64,000 nt of DNA, from contig NC_043009.1 of NCBI RefSeq assembly GCF_006345805.1, positions 37,572,001-37,636,000 on the forward strand. Reading direction: 5' to 3'. Under the pieces are notes generated by a model. The model saw only the letters and a program-made list of their open reading frames with translations. It had not been told where the DNA came from and did no database searches. The position numbers were made by a program, and so were the translations under genes. Origin of the DNA: Octopus sinensis. Taxonomy: Eukaryota. Below, piece after piece: positions 38,060 to 51,470 of this stretch (its first letter is position 1; each line of letters begins with the position of its first letter).

Positions 38060-38178
38060 ATGTGATGCTGACCCTGCCGCTCTTGCTAAATATGTAGTTG
38101 CACTTGTGAAGAAAGATAAACCTGAAAACGAACTAAATGACAATCTCATCGATCAACTTGACGTCTTCCTCCAACAGA
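38060..38178 (+). CDS. RBM26: RBM26/27 coding exon 2 (PWI-like domain)
   Basis: ICDADPAALAKYVVALVKKDKPENELNDNLIDQLDVFLQQ; catag acceptor, A|gtaagt. Confidence 0.95.
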
Positions 38179-41100
38179 GTAAGTTGATTTTATAACTGTC
38201 AGTGCATCTGGTGTTGCCCGGGTGTTATGACCTACAGCCACATTGTATTATTTGTTTCTTTCGTATGGGCAGAATTGGCTCACGAGGAGTGTGGAGCAAA
38301 CGACTCTTATTTATAAACATGTTTTTTGGTCATTTTATAATGAGCAATGCTGAAATTGATGACACCAAAAACATGTAGAATGGCAGCTTAGATTAGAACG
38401 AAATCCTAACATTGTTCCCAAAATGACCTAAACTTACGGATGTAAAGAATTGAATGACATATGAGGGCACAGAGGTGTCTGTATTGCAGAAAGTAAGGTA
38501 CATGGAAAGAAAGCTACTTCATTGTGAAAAGCACTGTCTCTGTAATGTTTGGGCAGACTGCACACTTCAACATATGTTAAGTGAAGCATAATGCATTTTG
38601 TTAGCTGGTATATAGTGGAGTGGATTACTGGTGTAATGGAAGTTATTGTTTGTCCAGAAGTGAAGTGGGATGGGTACAGTTTGCATGAAAGTGATTTATG
38701 TTCTTAAGAAGAATCACAAACTATGTACTCTTTCATCAAATAAAAGGGGTTAATATGATTTTGCTCAGAAATCACGTTTTTAAAATTATAATTTCCCCAC
38801 TCCCCACCAGAATTTCCTAATTTTTAACAGTTTTTCAAATTTTGTTTTTTATCCATGTGGAAAAATACAGAGATTACGAATCTAGGAAATAAAATTTGTT
38901 TTTCAAAGTTTAATTTTTCTGAAAGAAATACTGAATGCCTTTTCCCCCCACCTCAGCCACCCATCAGCTACCTGATTTTGGATAAAATGTAAATCTTCTG
39001 TATGGAAAACATAGGGATGTGAGTAAATTGAGGAAAGAAATAAGGGAGGGAGAGAGGGGGGGGGGTGCAGATGTCATCTTGGTCATGCCAGAAACGGCAG
39101 GTAAAGGACAGGATTTCTGGGATAATTTTCTTTTAAGTTTAAGTGAAAGATCAGGTTTTAAAATATGCTCATCACAAATAGGAATAACAGAATAGAAAAA
39201 GGTAATTTCCATAGAATTTGAGCTGTAATTTAGCACACAGCAAGAAATAACATAATTCATACAGAACTTTAACTGTGTGTGTGTGTGTGCCAAAGGAAGT
39301 TATTTTTGCATATCTTTCTTAATTCCAAAAGAAGGAAATGAAGTTAGTGAAGTTGTAAACATGTTGGCAGCATAAGGTTTCCATACATTATAATAAGAAA
39401 TTGAAAGAGGGAGATAATGCCTAATTCTACACATGCATTGAAACATGGGACGATAATGAAAATGACCTGAAAATTGTGCTATCTGATCTCGTTTCTGGGG
39501 TTTTCAGCATCTCTTTCTCTCCCACTTTCCCCCTCCTTTTGTGCTTGCTTTTTTTCACCTTCACCTGTAGAAACTTGTTTTCTGTCTCTGTTTCTTTATC
39601 TTGTCTCCCTGTTTTTTTCTCATTCTGTGTTTCTGTCGCTCATTCTGTAAAAATTTATTTCTTTATGCTTTGAAAAGAGCAGAAATTGAAAGAAAAGAGA
39701 AATCAAAAAGGGGGGAGAGAAAGAGAGAGAGAGAGAGAGCAGAAAATGAAGGAGATGAGAAAGTGGAAGATGTATGTATGTGTATATGAAATGGACATGT
39801 GTGCGAGAGAGTGAAGGTGTGTGTCATGATGATGGATGTCTTTTAAGGTACTCACTCAGAAAATGTGACGTCGTCGTCATATAAAATGTTTATGATAGTT
39901 GACTTACGGGAAAGATTATGATGTAAAATTTTGTAATGCAAATATGTGAATGAAAATAAAGTTTAGTTGGTAACCGAAATAGTACCTTCATCATACATAC
40001 CAGGTCACAACAAGCTGAGTGTATATAATTTATCAATGTTATGATCGATGTAAGTATATATCTTGTTAATAGTTGACAGCTGATATATATATAACAAAAT
40101 TGTGCAGGTATGGCTGGATGGTAAAGAAGTTTGCCTCACTCAAGTAGTGTTTGATTTGATCCAAGTGTTTGTCACCTTGAGCAAGTCTTTTTTTTTTTTA
40201 CCATAGCTAGAATTGACCCAAGCTTTACAAATGAAATTAAGTAGATGGAAAGAGCAGAAGCCTGTTGGATTGTCTGTACCTGTAAATCAAAAGTTAATGT
40301 GTAAAATTCAGCCATTTATTATAATACAAAATGAAGGATTGTACCTGTAATTGAAATAGCCAGTCATAATACACTGAGCCTGTCTGAGGTTTATGTTAAA
40401 GATAATCATAATTGTGGCTGATGCTGGTGTCACATAACTGGCTCCCATGCCGGTGGCACGTAAAAAAGCATCCATTACACTCTTGAAGTGGTTGGCATTA
40501 GGAAGGGCATCCAGGCATAGAAACCATGTCGAATTAGATTGGAATTTGGTGCAGCTCTCCAACTTATCAGTTTCTGTCAAACTGTCTCATCCATGCCAGC
40601 ATAGAAAGCAGACACTAAATGATGATGATGATACAAATAGCTGGAATACTACCCATTTACTTTATGATCTTAATTGAATGGGTAATTCTGTTTATCAAAC
40701 AGCTACAAAACTCTTAGTCAATACCAGTGTGAAATCTTCTCCATAACTATTTACTTAACTCCTTTGCTTTCCATGGAGCAGAGGCCATCAATGGCCTTTC
40801 TCTACTCTTCTTCACTCTGGGCTGTTTTTCCTCCCCTTGGTCTTCTTTGTTTTTAATTGTCATTGACATTTCTGTAACTTGCTTTTTTTCTATGTATGGA
40901 TGTTGGCTCTTTGCAAATCCATTTCAACCTCTGAGGAGAGGTGGTCCATATTAGCCTGGCCTCTATCCTTTGATCTGCTATCAGGTGCTTGTACTCCATT
41001 AGCAATGCTCTCAGGCACTGGGGCACACAAGCTACTACATCATCATCATCGCTCAACGTCCGCTTTCCATGCTAGCATGGGTTGGATGATTTGACTGAGG

Positions 41101-41651
41101 GCTGGCGAACCAGATGGTTGCACCAGGCTCCAATCTTGATCTGGCAGAGTTTTTACAGCTGGATGCCCTTCCTAATGTCAACCACTCCAAGAGTGTAGTA
41201 GGTGCTTTTACATGCCACTGGCACGGGGGCCAGTCAGGTGGTACTGGCAATGACCTCGCTCGAATCTTTTTACACATGCCACCAGCACAGGTGCCAGTAA
41301 GGTGACGCTGATAACGATCATGCTCGAATGGTGCCTTTCACGTACCACCGGCACGGAAGCCAGTTAACCACTCTGGCAACGATCATGCTCAGATGGTGCT
41401 CTTAGCACCCTACTAGCATGGGGCACAAATGCCAGTAAGGCGACGCTGGTAACAATCACACTTGAATGGTGCCTTTTATGTGCCACTGGCACGGAAGCCG
41501 GTTAGTCGCTCTGTCAACGATCACACTCATATGGTGCTCTTTGCACCCCGCTAGCACGGATGCCAGTCATCGAATTTGATTGCAACAAAAACTGGACCTT
41601 GTTGTAGTATCACTAAATATGAATTCTAATTATGTTTTGTTATTGTTGCAG

Positions 41652-41932
41652 GGACACGGACGTTTGTAGATGGTCTGTTTGAAGCTCTGAAGACAAAATC
41701 CTATATCACCAATTCTAGCAATGGTGTGTCATCTGTTGGTGTGTCTGTAGCGCCGACAAACAATAACCAGACGACTAGTAACAGCCACTCTGGTAACAAC
41801 AACACCACCACCACCAACAGCAGCAGCAATAACAATGTGGTGAATCAAATCAGCAACCACAGCACCACTTCAAGCAGTCAATCTTCTAGCAAGCTGGACA
41901 GAAAACGCAAAGTACCTGATGGATCAGATGTG
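41652..41932 (+). CDS. RBM26: RBM26/27 coding exon 3 (PWI end plus N/S/T low-complexity tract)
   Basis: TRTFVDGLFEALKTKSY...KLDRKRKVPDGSDV; ttgcag acceptor, gtgagt donor; phase 1 to 0. Confidence 0.9.
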
Positions 41933-42726
41933 GTGAGTACAGTATCTACACTCGGTGAATGTTTAGGTGAAGAATTTGTAGTAACAGGTTTTACAATATT
42001 TATTGGTAAGTCTTGTGTTGTCATGCTGACAACCAGTTGCTCTTATCTGTGATCACATGACAATTTTTGTTGATGCAGTAGCTGAGTGGAAATTTTGGTG
42101 AAGATACTAAACTTTATATTGGGTGTTGGTTGATGTTTATCCATGCCTGCTCGTATTGAGGAAGTCTTATGAACAAAGGTGGTTCCAACCATGACCATCT
42201 CATCTTTTTGTGTATAAAAGATTATGTTGTTGAATGTATCCTTATCCGTAATCCTTTAGCATTTAAATTGGCCATATCTGGCTTCTCACACTTCTGTTAC
42301 AATGTCATTCTAAAAATAAGCATACACATAATTGAAATATCAAAGCTACAAGATAATACCTGATTAATTCAAAACATTGTGAATGAATAATCATTACATT
42401 TGACAGAATAACCTGAATGCTAAATTGTTAAGATGGTAGGATTTGATTTGAGAAAGATTTGGATTGTTTGTAGCAGATGATGCAACCGTGTAGAGGCTGC
42501 AACATCAGTCTGTGACTATATGTGGTGCATATGTTGAGATATTGTGTCATGGGATGAAATGGTCTCACCTGGTTACAAAAATATTATCAACATTACAGTA
42601 GCTTTGTATTATTCAGGGTGCTTTTTGAAGAATTGACGTCTTTTGTAAATCCTCTCCTCCAGGAATTGTCTGTGTATGTTTGTAAATCTAATGCATTATG
42701 TATTATTTGTGTTTTTATTCTGATAG

Positions 42727-42800
42727 GGTCCCACTGAAGAAGATAAAGAACATCGCAAAAAACGATCTCGCAGTTCAAGTCCGAGGGGTGGAAGATCTGG
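42727..42800 (+). CDS. RBM26: RBM26/27 coding exon 4
   Basis: GPTEEDKEHRKKRSRSSSPRGGRS; gatag acceptor, GG|gtaaat; supplies the required phase 0 to 2 link. Confidence 0.8.
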
Positions 42801-44409
42801 GTAAATATTTATTGATTGTCTCTTTCTCTCCCTCTTATCTTCTCTTGCACATACATCTAAAAATAGCTTCAGAGGAGTGCTGGTGATAAAGTTTTAATAA
42901 AACCAAGTCTAGTCTTAATTTCCGCATGAAACTTCTACATATCAACTTGCTCAACTCAGCTGCTGTATTTTCCCCGAAGAAACATTTTGATAGTACGACT
43001 ATCAATTTCATTATTTTGCAAAGGGGAGATGAATTCATGTTGTATCACAGGACTCCAAAAAGAGTTCTTGCCTCTTCCTGCTTGGAAGAAAGAGCAACTA
43101 AATATCCTTCAAATCACACGCTGGCATCCTAAAAACAGGATACATTGGATAAAGTAGTCTTAGCTATTCAACATCTAAAAATAAGATGGGAAGTTACAGC
43201 TGAAATATATTTGTTTCTAGGTCTGTTCATTGTTGTTTAGACTCAGATCATATGTCTGACCCAAGGCGAAATAACATCAATAAATCAGCTTGAAATTTCA
43301 ATATTAAATCAATATGGTTGCAGCCAAAACACTGATCACGTGCTGGAAGTTACATCTGAAACTAAGAATTTTGTATATGCATATCTGTATTACTTACCTG
43401 GCAGTTGCTTTCTAAGTATTTGATAAGCTCTGTTTCAACCAAAGGTCTGTTCAAGCAGAGCTGATAAAACATCATCATAATTGCATAGCAGCAAAATTTA
43501 AACCCTGAACCTAACTTGGTCAGTAGTTGAAAGCTATCGTCAGATCTGCTGCTTCGATTCTAAGCAAATGTTTAAAAGTTCCATTTCTGACATCTCAGTT
43601 GCCATGTCTTCGTGCTAAGCAGAACATACAGTAGCAATGGTGACAGTGGATCTTTATTTACCGAGTGAGGTCCTAACTTCTGTTTAAAAAGGCTTCAAAG
43701 AGGAATAGCATTGCCAAGATTGTGGTGCAAAGGAATTGAATCCAAAGACTCGAGTCTTCTGTAAGATAACAATGCTAATTAATATTATTGTTATTAAGCA
43801 CATATGTGGCCATATGGTTAAGAGGTTTGCTTTCCAACCACATAGTACCAGGTTCAGTCTCACTGCATTGTATCTTGGGCAAGTGTCTTCTACTATAGCC
43901 TTGCATCACCCAAAGTCTAGTGAGTGGATTTGCTAAACTGAAAGAAGGCCATTGTGTGTGTGTGTGTGTGTGTGTCTCCTTGTCTTGACATCATGTGATA
44001 GTTATATATGAGTGCTGCTATCATACAAGCAGTGTTATTTATTTCCATTGTTCTGCAAGAACATGTCTAGCCACAAGGAAACATTACCTTGCTTGGAAAG
44101 GACGGGGGTTAGCAACAGGAAGAGCATCCAGCCATAGAAAATCTGCTTCAGTAAAATCGGTTCAACCCATGCAAACATGGAAAAGTGGACGTTAAAATGA
44201 TGATACTGATGTCTCTAGTGTATAGTCACAATGTTTAGCAGTTATAGGGTTTGAACTTCAAGCTTATCAGCAGTTACCACGTTTTTTTTTTTACAATCTT
44301 TTTTTCTTTTCTTTTTTTTTTTTAATTTCCACTTGGCTAAAAATTAGAATTGATATTTTGTGTTTATTATTATGTTTTACTACTATTTATATCTTCGCTC
44401 TTCTTGCAG

Positions 44410-44639
44410 AGATGATCGCAGGCGTCGGCACGATGACAGGCGCTTCAACAGACGACGTAGTAGGGAGCGATCTCGTTCTAAAAGCCCGCAGGGGAAGTCC
44501 CGGGAGAGACTCCGTCCAAGTAGAGATTTAAACAGAGATAGGGATCGTTCAAGAAGTCCGGTAACAAGGTCATTTGGTGTTCGCTCACGTTCCCGGTCCT
44601 GGTCACCAACACGTTCCCGATCTCGTTCGCGGTCACGAG
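44410..44639 (+). CDS. RBM26: RBM26/27 coding exon 5 (RS-rich region)
   Basis: DDRRRRHDDRRFNRRRSRERSRSKSP...RSRSRSR; ttgcag acceptor, G|gtaact. Confidence 0.9.
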
Positions 44640-45759
44640 GTAACTTTTTCTTTCTCATCAATGTTCTCACAAATTATTTTGAAGTGCCTAAGATGAGTAA
44701 TGGTTATATAGCTTATTATTAAGGTGGCGAGCTGATTGAATTATTAGCATGTTGGATAAAATGCTTAGTGGTGTTTCTTCTGGCTTTATATTCTGAGTTC
44801 AAATGCTGCTAAAATCAATGTTGCCTTTCACCTTTTAAGATTTGATAAAATAATTACTGATTGAGTATTGGGGTTTATATTAGACTAACCCCATCTTCTA
44901 AAATTGCTGGCCTTGTGCCAAAATTTCAAACCATTATTATTTTTTATAAAAAGCATGGTAGATTGGTAGAATTATTAGAACATAGGACAAAATGTGTTGC
45001 AGTATTTCTATTGACTCTTTACATTCTGAGTTCAAATCCTTCCATGGTCAACTCCTTCTGGGGTTGAGACGATAAAATACCGATCTTGGAATTGTTGTTA
45101 TTGGCAGAATTATTAAAGCTTTGGACAAAATACTTTGTGGTATTTAGTGGCATCATTTTATGCCTGGAGTTCAAATTACATCACAGGTGCGGTGCCAGTT
45201 AAGCATTTTGGTTGATTTAATTGACTAACTCTTTACTGCTAAATTTCTAGTCTTGTGCTTGTTAGAAACAATGGCAAAATTGGTTGTGAATCAAACAAAA
45301 TAATTTGCTGTATTTGATTATGTTCCTTTTGATTCTGAGTTCTCATTGTGTTGGGTCTAACTTTGCCTTTCATTCTTCTATGGTCAGTAAAAAACGCCAA
45401 GTTGTGGAGTCAATTATGTCATCCACATCAGAACTGTAGTGCAGTGTCTTTATCTCACAATATCTCAGAACTGTGAACATAGAGTCTGTCTTGCCCCTCT
45501 ACTCCCACTTTACCACCAAAACAGTAACAATAGTCTGTTTCTCTCAAGTAGTATTTCAGAACTCAAAGTTTATATCTTTTCATCCCACTCCCAATGTTTC
45601 AAAGTTGTAACACAATATCTGTCTGTCTGTCTCTCTCCCTCTCTTAATACTCCAGAACTGTAACACTGTTTGTCAAACCACTACCTGTCTACTATGTGTT
45701 TCCATCAAGTATCTAACTGTGACCTGAAATTAACCAAACTAATTTCTGTATTTTGTAAC

Positions 45760-46110
45760 TGGTTGTAAGTAGCTTGCTTACCAACCACATGGTTCCGGGT
45801 TCAGTCCCACTGTGTGGCACCTTGGGCAAGTGTCTTCAACTATAGCCTCGGGCCGACCAAAGCCTTGTGAGTGGATTTGGTAGACGGAAACTGAAAGAAG
45901 CCCGTCGTGTGTCCGTGTCTGTCCCTCCACCATCGCTTGACAACCGATGTTGGTGTATTCACGTCCCTGTAACTTAGCGGTTCGACAAAAAGAGACCAAT
46001 AGAATAAGTACCAGGCTTATAAAGAATAAGTCCTGGGGGTCGATTTGTTCAACTAAAGGCAGTGTTCCAGCATGGTCGCAGTCAAATGACTGAAACAAAT
46101 AAAAGAATAA
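45760..46110 (+). mobile_element. tRNA-derived SINE family C; other copies at 17787-18160 (-), 18725-18985 (+), 28115-28500 (-), 34500-34870 (-), 47230-47420 (-)
   Basis: GGTTCCGGGTTCAGTCCC B-box region, GGCAAGTGTCTTC..CTATAGCC core, CAGTCAAATGACTGAAAC 3' end. Confidence 0.75.
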
Positions 46111-46360
46111 GCTCTATAGCTCCTTCTGCTTCTTCTTAGAAACAAAAGCATACAAAAAAAACAATAAAATTAAGAAATAATAAAAGATAAATACTATTAC
46201 AGCAAAATGTTAATAATAATGAAGCCAATATTAAATCTGTTAAAATTATTTAAACCAAAATTGAAAATGCTTTAACCTTAAAGGAAAAGAAAACTTGAGA
46301 AAACACTTATAAAAAAAAAAGCAAAACAAAACAAACATTTGTTTGACATTTACCTTTCAG

Positions 46361-46606
46361 GATGTAAAGATGCTGACAGCAGAGGTTCGACTCCTTTACA
46401 AGACAATAATACTTATAATGTGGGACCACCTAATGTTCAAGTGCCAAGTTCAAGTTCAGTGTCTACTGTCAGCAGTGCTATATCTGTTGTCTCTCATTGG
46501 GACACGAACCGCAACACTCCTGTTGCTACTCCTTCTGATGGACCGCCTTCATCGGCACCACCTCTAAATATCGGAAGCAACCGTCCACGGTGCAGAGACT
46601 ATGATG
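46361..46606 (+). CDS. RBM26: RBM26/27 coding exon 6 (start of CCCH zinc finger)
   Basis: CKDADSRGSTP...NRPRCRDYD; tttcag acceptor, G|gtaagc. Confidence 0.92.
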
Positions 46607-46695
46607 GTAAGCAGTGACTTTTTTTAAAACATTTTCTTGTTAATTGTGCTTTTATACTATAATATGGTATTTAATTTGATTTGCACCTCACTTAA

Positions 46696-46917
46696 CCCTT
46701 TGGTGTTTAAGCCGGCCATATCCGGCCCAGATATCCTACATGTTTTTACATTCAAACTGGCAATATTTAGCCTCTCACACCTAACCTACATTGACATTCT
46801 AAGAATAAACTATCATACCATTGAAACTTCAAAGCTATAAGATAACGTATGATTAATTCAAAACGATTTGAGTGAAAAAAGTCTTACATTTAACAGAGTA
46901 ATCTGAACCATAAAGGG
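46696..46917. mobile_element. piggyBac-like MITE; related copies at 37668-37882 and about 42255-42425
   Basis: TTAA|CCCTTT...AAAGGG|TTAA. Confidence 0.7.
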
Positions 46918-47699
46918 TTAAACATGAATGTAAGATGGTCAAAGACACAAGTTACATGTTTTATCTCCCTAAGTTTGGCTTATTTCGTTATTTTGATTCA
47001 TCATCATTTTTAACATCCAATTTTTCTTTGCTTGCATGGGTCAGATGGAATTTATTAAGTTAAATTTTCTCTGGCCAAACACTCTTACTGGTTGCCACCC
47101 CTCACCTATGGCAAAAGCAAGACAACACTCCTTCACGACTGGACATGTTTGTTTGGCAATTGTGAAACAAAGGCCAAAGATTCCACTTGTAAGACAGTAA
47201 CATTTGCTTACATCTAGCACACAATGTCAAAACAAGGAAAAACACCCACACATGCATGTGTATATGCATGACATTCTTCTTTCAGTTTTTCCACCAAGTC
47301 TACTTGGAAGGCTTTGGTCTGCTGGCTATAGAAGACACTTGCCCAAGGTGCCATATAATGGAATTGAACCTGAAATCACATGGTTGGGAAAACCAACTTC
47401 TTAATCATGCTGCCATGTGTCTCTCTAAAAAGAGATGTTGCTGTATAGTCATTTGTTATCTTGTTAGTTTCATAATCTTTGACTCTTATTTCTAGCTATG
47501 CTGGTGCTCCCTGCACCTTTCATCACTTTTTTGTGATGGTGAATTATTTCCTTTTTGGTTTTGAATTTTGTCTACCCACCTTTATTTTATTTTTTCAATT
47601 GGATGAACTAAAAGTCAAAGATACGGGATAAATTATCTGCATCAACTTACTATAAAAACAGGTAGTAATTTTACCCTGTCCTTATTCATAGTGCATGTT

Positions 47700-48842
47700 T
47701 TGAAGAGTGCAGTATGATTTTAACAGTTATTTTTTCAAAGTTATAATGGAAGTGACAAAGGAGCATGTTCGGCATATTTCCTTTATGGGTTCAATAAAGG
47801 TAACAGTGCAATCGAAAGTGCAAGGAATATTAATGCAGTGTATGGGGATCAGACAATAAGCGTAATCCAGTGTCTGTGGTGGTTCCAGAAATTCCGAGCT
47901 GGAAACTACGACCAAGAACTCAAGCCTCATCCTGGAAGACCTGTAGAGATCGATGAGGCCATCCTGCAAGCTCTGGTGGAACAAAATCCCATCATAACTG
48001 TTGAGGAACTAGCAAAAAAGCTTGGATTTGACCATTCAACCATTCATTGGCACCTGCATGCCATCGGAAAAGTCAACAAATTGGATCACAGTGTTCGTCA
48101 AAAATTTTCTGAGTCTAATCACCCGCAGAGAGTGAATGTGTGCTCTTCTTTGCTATCACGTCTCACAAATGAACCTTTTTTGGACCGAACGGTGACTGGT
48201 GATAAGAAACGGGTTCTCTATAAAAATGTTAAGCGCTGAAGACAATGGATAAGGAAAGGAGAAACACGGGCATCCCAGGTTAAAGAAGGTCTTCACCCAC
48301 GTAAGGTGTTGTTATCTGTTTGGTGGGATATGAAAGGTTTATTTCACTTTGAACTTTTAAACACAAAGCAAACAATAACAAAGGAGATTTACTGTGAGCA
48401 TCTTGAGTGGCTTAAGTCAACACTAGAAGAAAACGACCATCTTTGGTTTGAAGACAAAAGGTGTTTTTCCACATATGGTGTTTGACCACATACAGCGAGG
48501 ATGACATTCCAAAAGGCTGGAACAGTTTGAATGGGAAACGATGCCTCACCCACCATTTTTGCCATACATTGCCCCATCTGATTATGATCTATTCCACAGT
48601 CTTCAAAATCATTTGGATGGCAAAATATGAAGTCTGTAGATAAGGTCAGAACAGTACTGGAAGAGTATATTTCATTACAGACAAGTGAATTTTGGAAGAG
48701 GGGCCTTGCAAGTTTACCAGATAGATGGAAGAGCATTGTAGAAAATGAAGGAGAGTATATTTTAGATTGAAAAAGAACTTTGTTTATCTTAATCGTGAAA
48801 AATAAAAAAAAGTATAAAAAACATTTATAGGATGACCCAATA
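47700..48842 (+). mobile_element. Degraded mariner element (transposase 47746-48770, right TIR only)
   Basis: MEVTKEHVRH..., WFQKFRAG, PGRP, VTGDKK, LSVWWDMKG, APSDYDLF, LPDRW..VENEGEYI; frameshifted; ends GGATGACCCAATA|TA. Confidence 0.9.
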
Positions 48843-49599
48843 TATATCATCATCATCATTTAACGTCTGTCTTCCATGCTGGTATGGGTTGGACGGTTTG
48901 ATAGAGCTGGCCAGGTAGAAGACTACATCAGGCTACTGTGTCTGTTTTGGCATGGTTTTATTACTGGATGCCCTTCTTAACACCAACCACCCCATAGAGT
49001 GGACAGTGCTTTTTACATGGCACTAGCACAGGTGTGGTCAGTTTTGGCATGGCTTTTACAGCTGGATGCCCTTCCAAATGACAACCACTTCATAGTGTGG
49101 ACTGGATGCTTTTTACTCGGCACCAGCACTGACAGGGTCACCAAGTTACTTGCAAGAGAAGGAATTTTGAGAGGAGAGGTGATCTTGTGTCAGATGATGA
49201 AAAATTATGTGTATATGTAATGTATATTTTTGGTTGTCCAAACAGGCGAAAAAGTACTCAATTACTTGTGGAGTTTATTTGTTCAAAGCTGATGATCGAC
49301 TACAACTTCACAGTATCTAACTCTGTGTGTGTGTACCCTTGTGTTGACATCATGTGATAGTTGTAAATTAGCTTCACTGTCATGCAAGCAATGTTGTTCA
49401 TTTTCAGTCTTCCATGAAAAACGCGTCTGGCTATGGGGAAATGTTACCTTGCTTGGAAATGGGCAAGGTTTGGTGACAGGAAGAGCATTCAGTCATAGAA
49501 AATCTACCTCAACAAATTCTGTCTGAGCCATGCCAACATGGAAGAGTGGACATTAAATGATGATCAAAGAATATTACATTTTAAAAAGTAGGTGTAGGG

Positions 49600-49762
49600 A
49601 AGCAATTACAGCAAGGAAAACATATTGCTATTCAAAAATACTCAAAATCTGTTATCTGGTCAATGACACTAGTTAACAGTTCTTTGTATGTTTTTGAATG
49701 GCCAATATGGTCTTCTGTATGTTTTTGAATGGCTAATATGGTCTTCTGTGCTATAATTGCTT
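49600..49762. repeat. Degenerate inverted-repeat element with an internal ~30-bp tandem duplication
   Basis: AGCAATTACAGC...TTCAAAAATAC versus GTATGTTTTTGAATGG...GCTATAATTGCT. Confidence 0.55.
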
Positions 49763-50067
49763 TACTTTCAACACGTAGTCACAGATCAAATCACTTGCTA
49801 GACAATACATTTCTGAAACATTGGTAGTATTTTCACAAGAGTACTTTTGACAAAGTATCTTTGCAAATTATTGGTTTCTAGACATTCTCCCCTTTTTCTA
49901 TTTCACTCACTTTTCCTCTAGTTACCTCATTCATTCTGATTTTGTTGTAGATTCTTCCTTTTTCTTTCTCGCTCTCTATCAATTTATTGATTAGATAGAT
50001 ATTTCCATGAGGTTACATGAATTCCTATAAAATGTATGTAAATATTTGTTTTACTTTATTTCACCAG

Positions 50068-50178
50068 AGAAAGGCTACTGCATGCGTGGTGATCTCTGTC
50101 CATATGACCATGGATTGGACCCTGTGATAGTTGAAGATGTGAATTTACCAAATGTTTTATCTTTTCCTCATGGTCATG
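50068..50178 (+). CDS. RBM26: RBM26/27 coding exon 7 (CCCH zinc finger)
   Basis: EKGYCMRGDLCPYDHGLDPVIVEDVNLP completes CRDYDEKGYCMRGDLCPYDH. Confidence 0.95.
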
Positions 50179-51135
50179 GTATGTTGATTTGAGTATTTTC
50201 CTTTACTTCCACCATTTTCTGCATTTCTTTGTCATAATTGTAAAGATAAAGGGAGCTTATAATACAAACCACATTGGTCAAGAGTTCAAAATTTACAAAA
50301 TCTGTTAAATCTACTTACTGTATTTGATGGTATACAAGACAGTTTCCCCTTCACCCCACAAATGTCTCAAAAAAAAAATCATTCTGGATTTTATAAGTGA
50401 AGTTGGGCCTATATTTCTTGCTTTAATGCACTAAAACCTCTTTTCCTTGAATATGCACTATTGAAACTAGTGTGCATTGTTTATCTCATTAAATATGATA
50501 GCTGACTAACAGATTCCACTCCAATTTAGCACAGATTAATGATACTTTGGAAAGCATTGAATTTCGATTGTGTTAGGGCCATTATGTTCTACAGAGCATA
50601 GTTACTCTGTTTGAATCAGTACACCTGATTCATTGACTCTGCTTATATACTATGTGGATATATAGTGAACTACCTGGAAAAATACAAAATGCCTTAAGTT
50701 TTCTATATAAACTTCATACGTTTCATCCATGGTAGACAAATATGTGTCCAGAGTGGCCTGATATATTCACTGTGAAAAAATTAGAGTGCTGAGTGCGAGC
50801 TTTGCTAGCATGCATACATTAGGAAAAATTAAAATTTCAGTTGCTTGTTCCTTGCAATCTCTTTCAACATATATAACTGAAAAGAAATCATTATTGTTAT
50901 AATTGTCTGAGAGTTTAGTTTTAAATTTGCATATGTATTCAAATTTCAGAACAAAAACTATGAAATTAAATAGAAAGCAAGCTGTTGGTTTATTTTCTTC
51001 TTGGTAGCCCATTAGATTAAAATGCTAATGTAGTGTTAGTAATGAGTCTGGAGAATATTTAATTGGAAGACACTAAAAACCCATTGAGCTAAATGTTATG
51101 TTATGTTCATTTGTTATTTTAATTTTTTTTTTTAG

Positions 51136-51252
51136 GGCCACCTTCTACTCATGGTGCTCCTGGGTTCATAGGACCCAGAATACCTCCACTTGGGCCTCCA
51201 CATATGCCCCAAATAGGACCCAGAGGTCCACCACCAAGACCCGCAAGACCAG
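51136..51252 (+). CDS. RBM26: RBM26/27 coding exon 8 (proline-rich)
   Basis: PPSTHGAPGFIGPRIPPLGPPHMPQIGPRGPPPRPARP; tttag acceptor, G|gtaagg. Confidence 0.88.
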
Positions 51253-51470
51253 GTAAGGCCGAGTTGTTGATAAAATTATGTACGTTGGACTGAAAATATT
51301 ACTGTTGGCTTAGCCCTGTTCGAAGGTGATCAGGAAGTGAAAGTTAATTTGGATTTAAGCATTTATAGTTTATTAAAAACTGTCAGAAATCTGCATGTGT
51401 ACCATATAGTATGAAAATAATATTGGATCGTGGCTGTGTGTCACTTTGGAAACTATATATTTCAAAAAAA

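Noticed and set aside
41220-41560. CRISPR-like repeat-spacer array
   Set aside because: Degenerate tandem units of the RTE 3' UTR in eukaryotic DNA; no unique spacers or cas genes.
43392-43404. ACTTACCTGGCAG match to the U1 snRNA 5' end
   Set aside because: Only 13 nt with no downstream U1 structure; equivalent to a chance antisense donor consensus.
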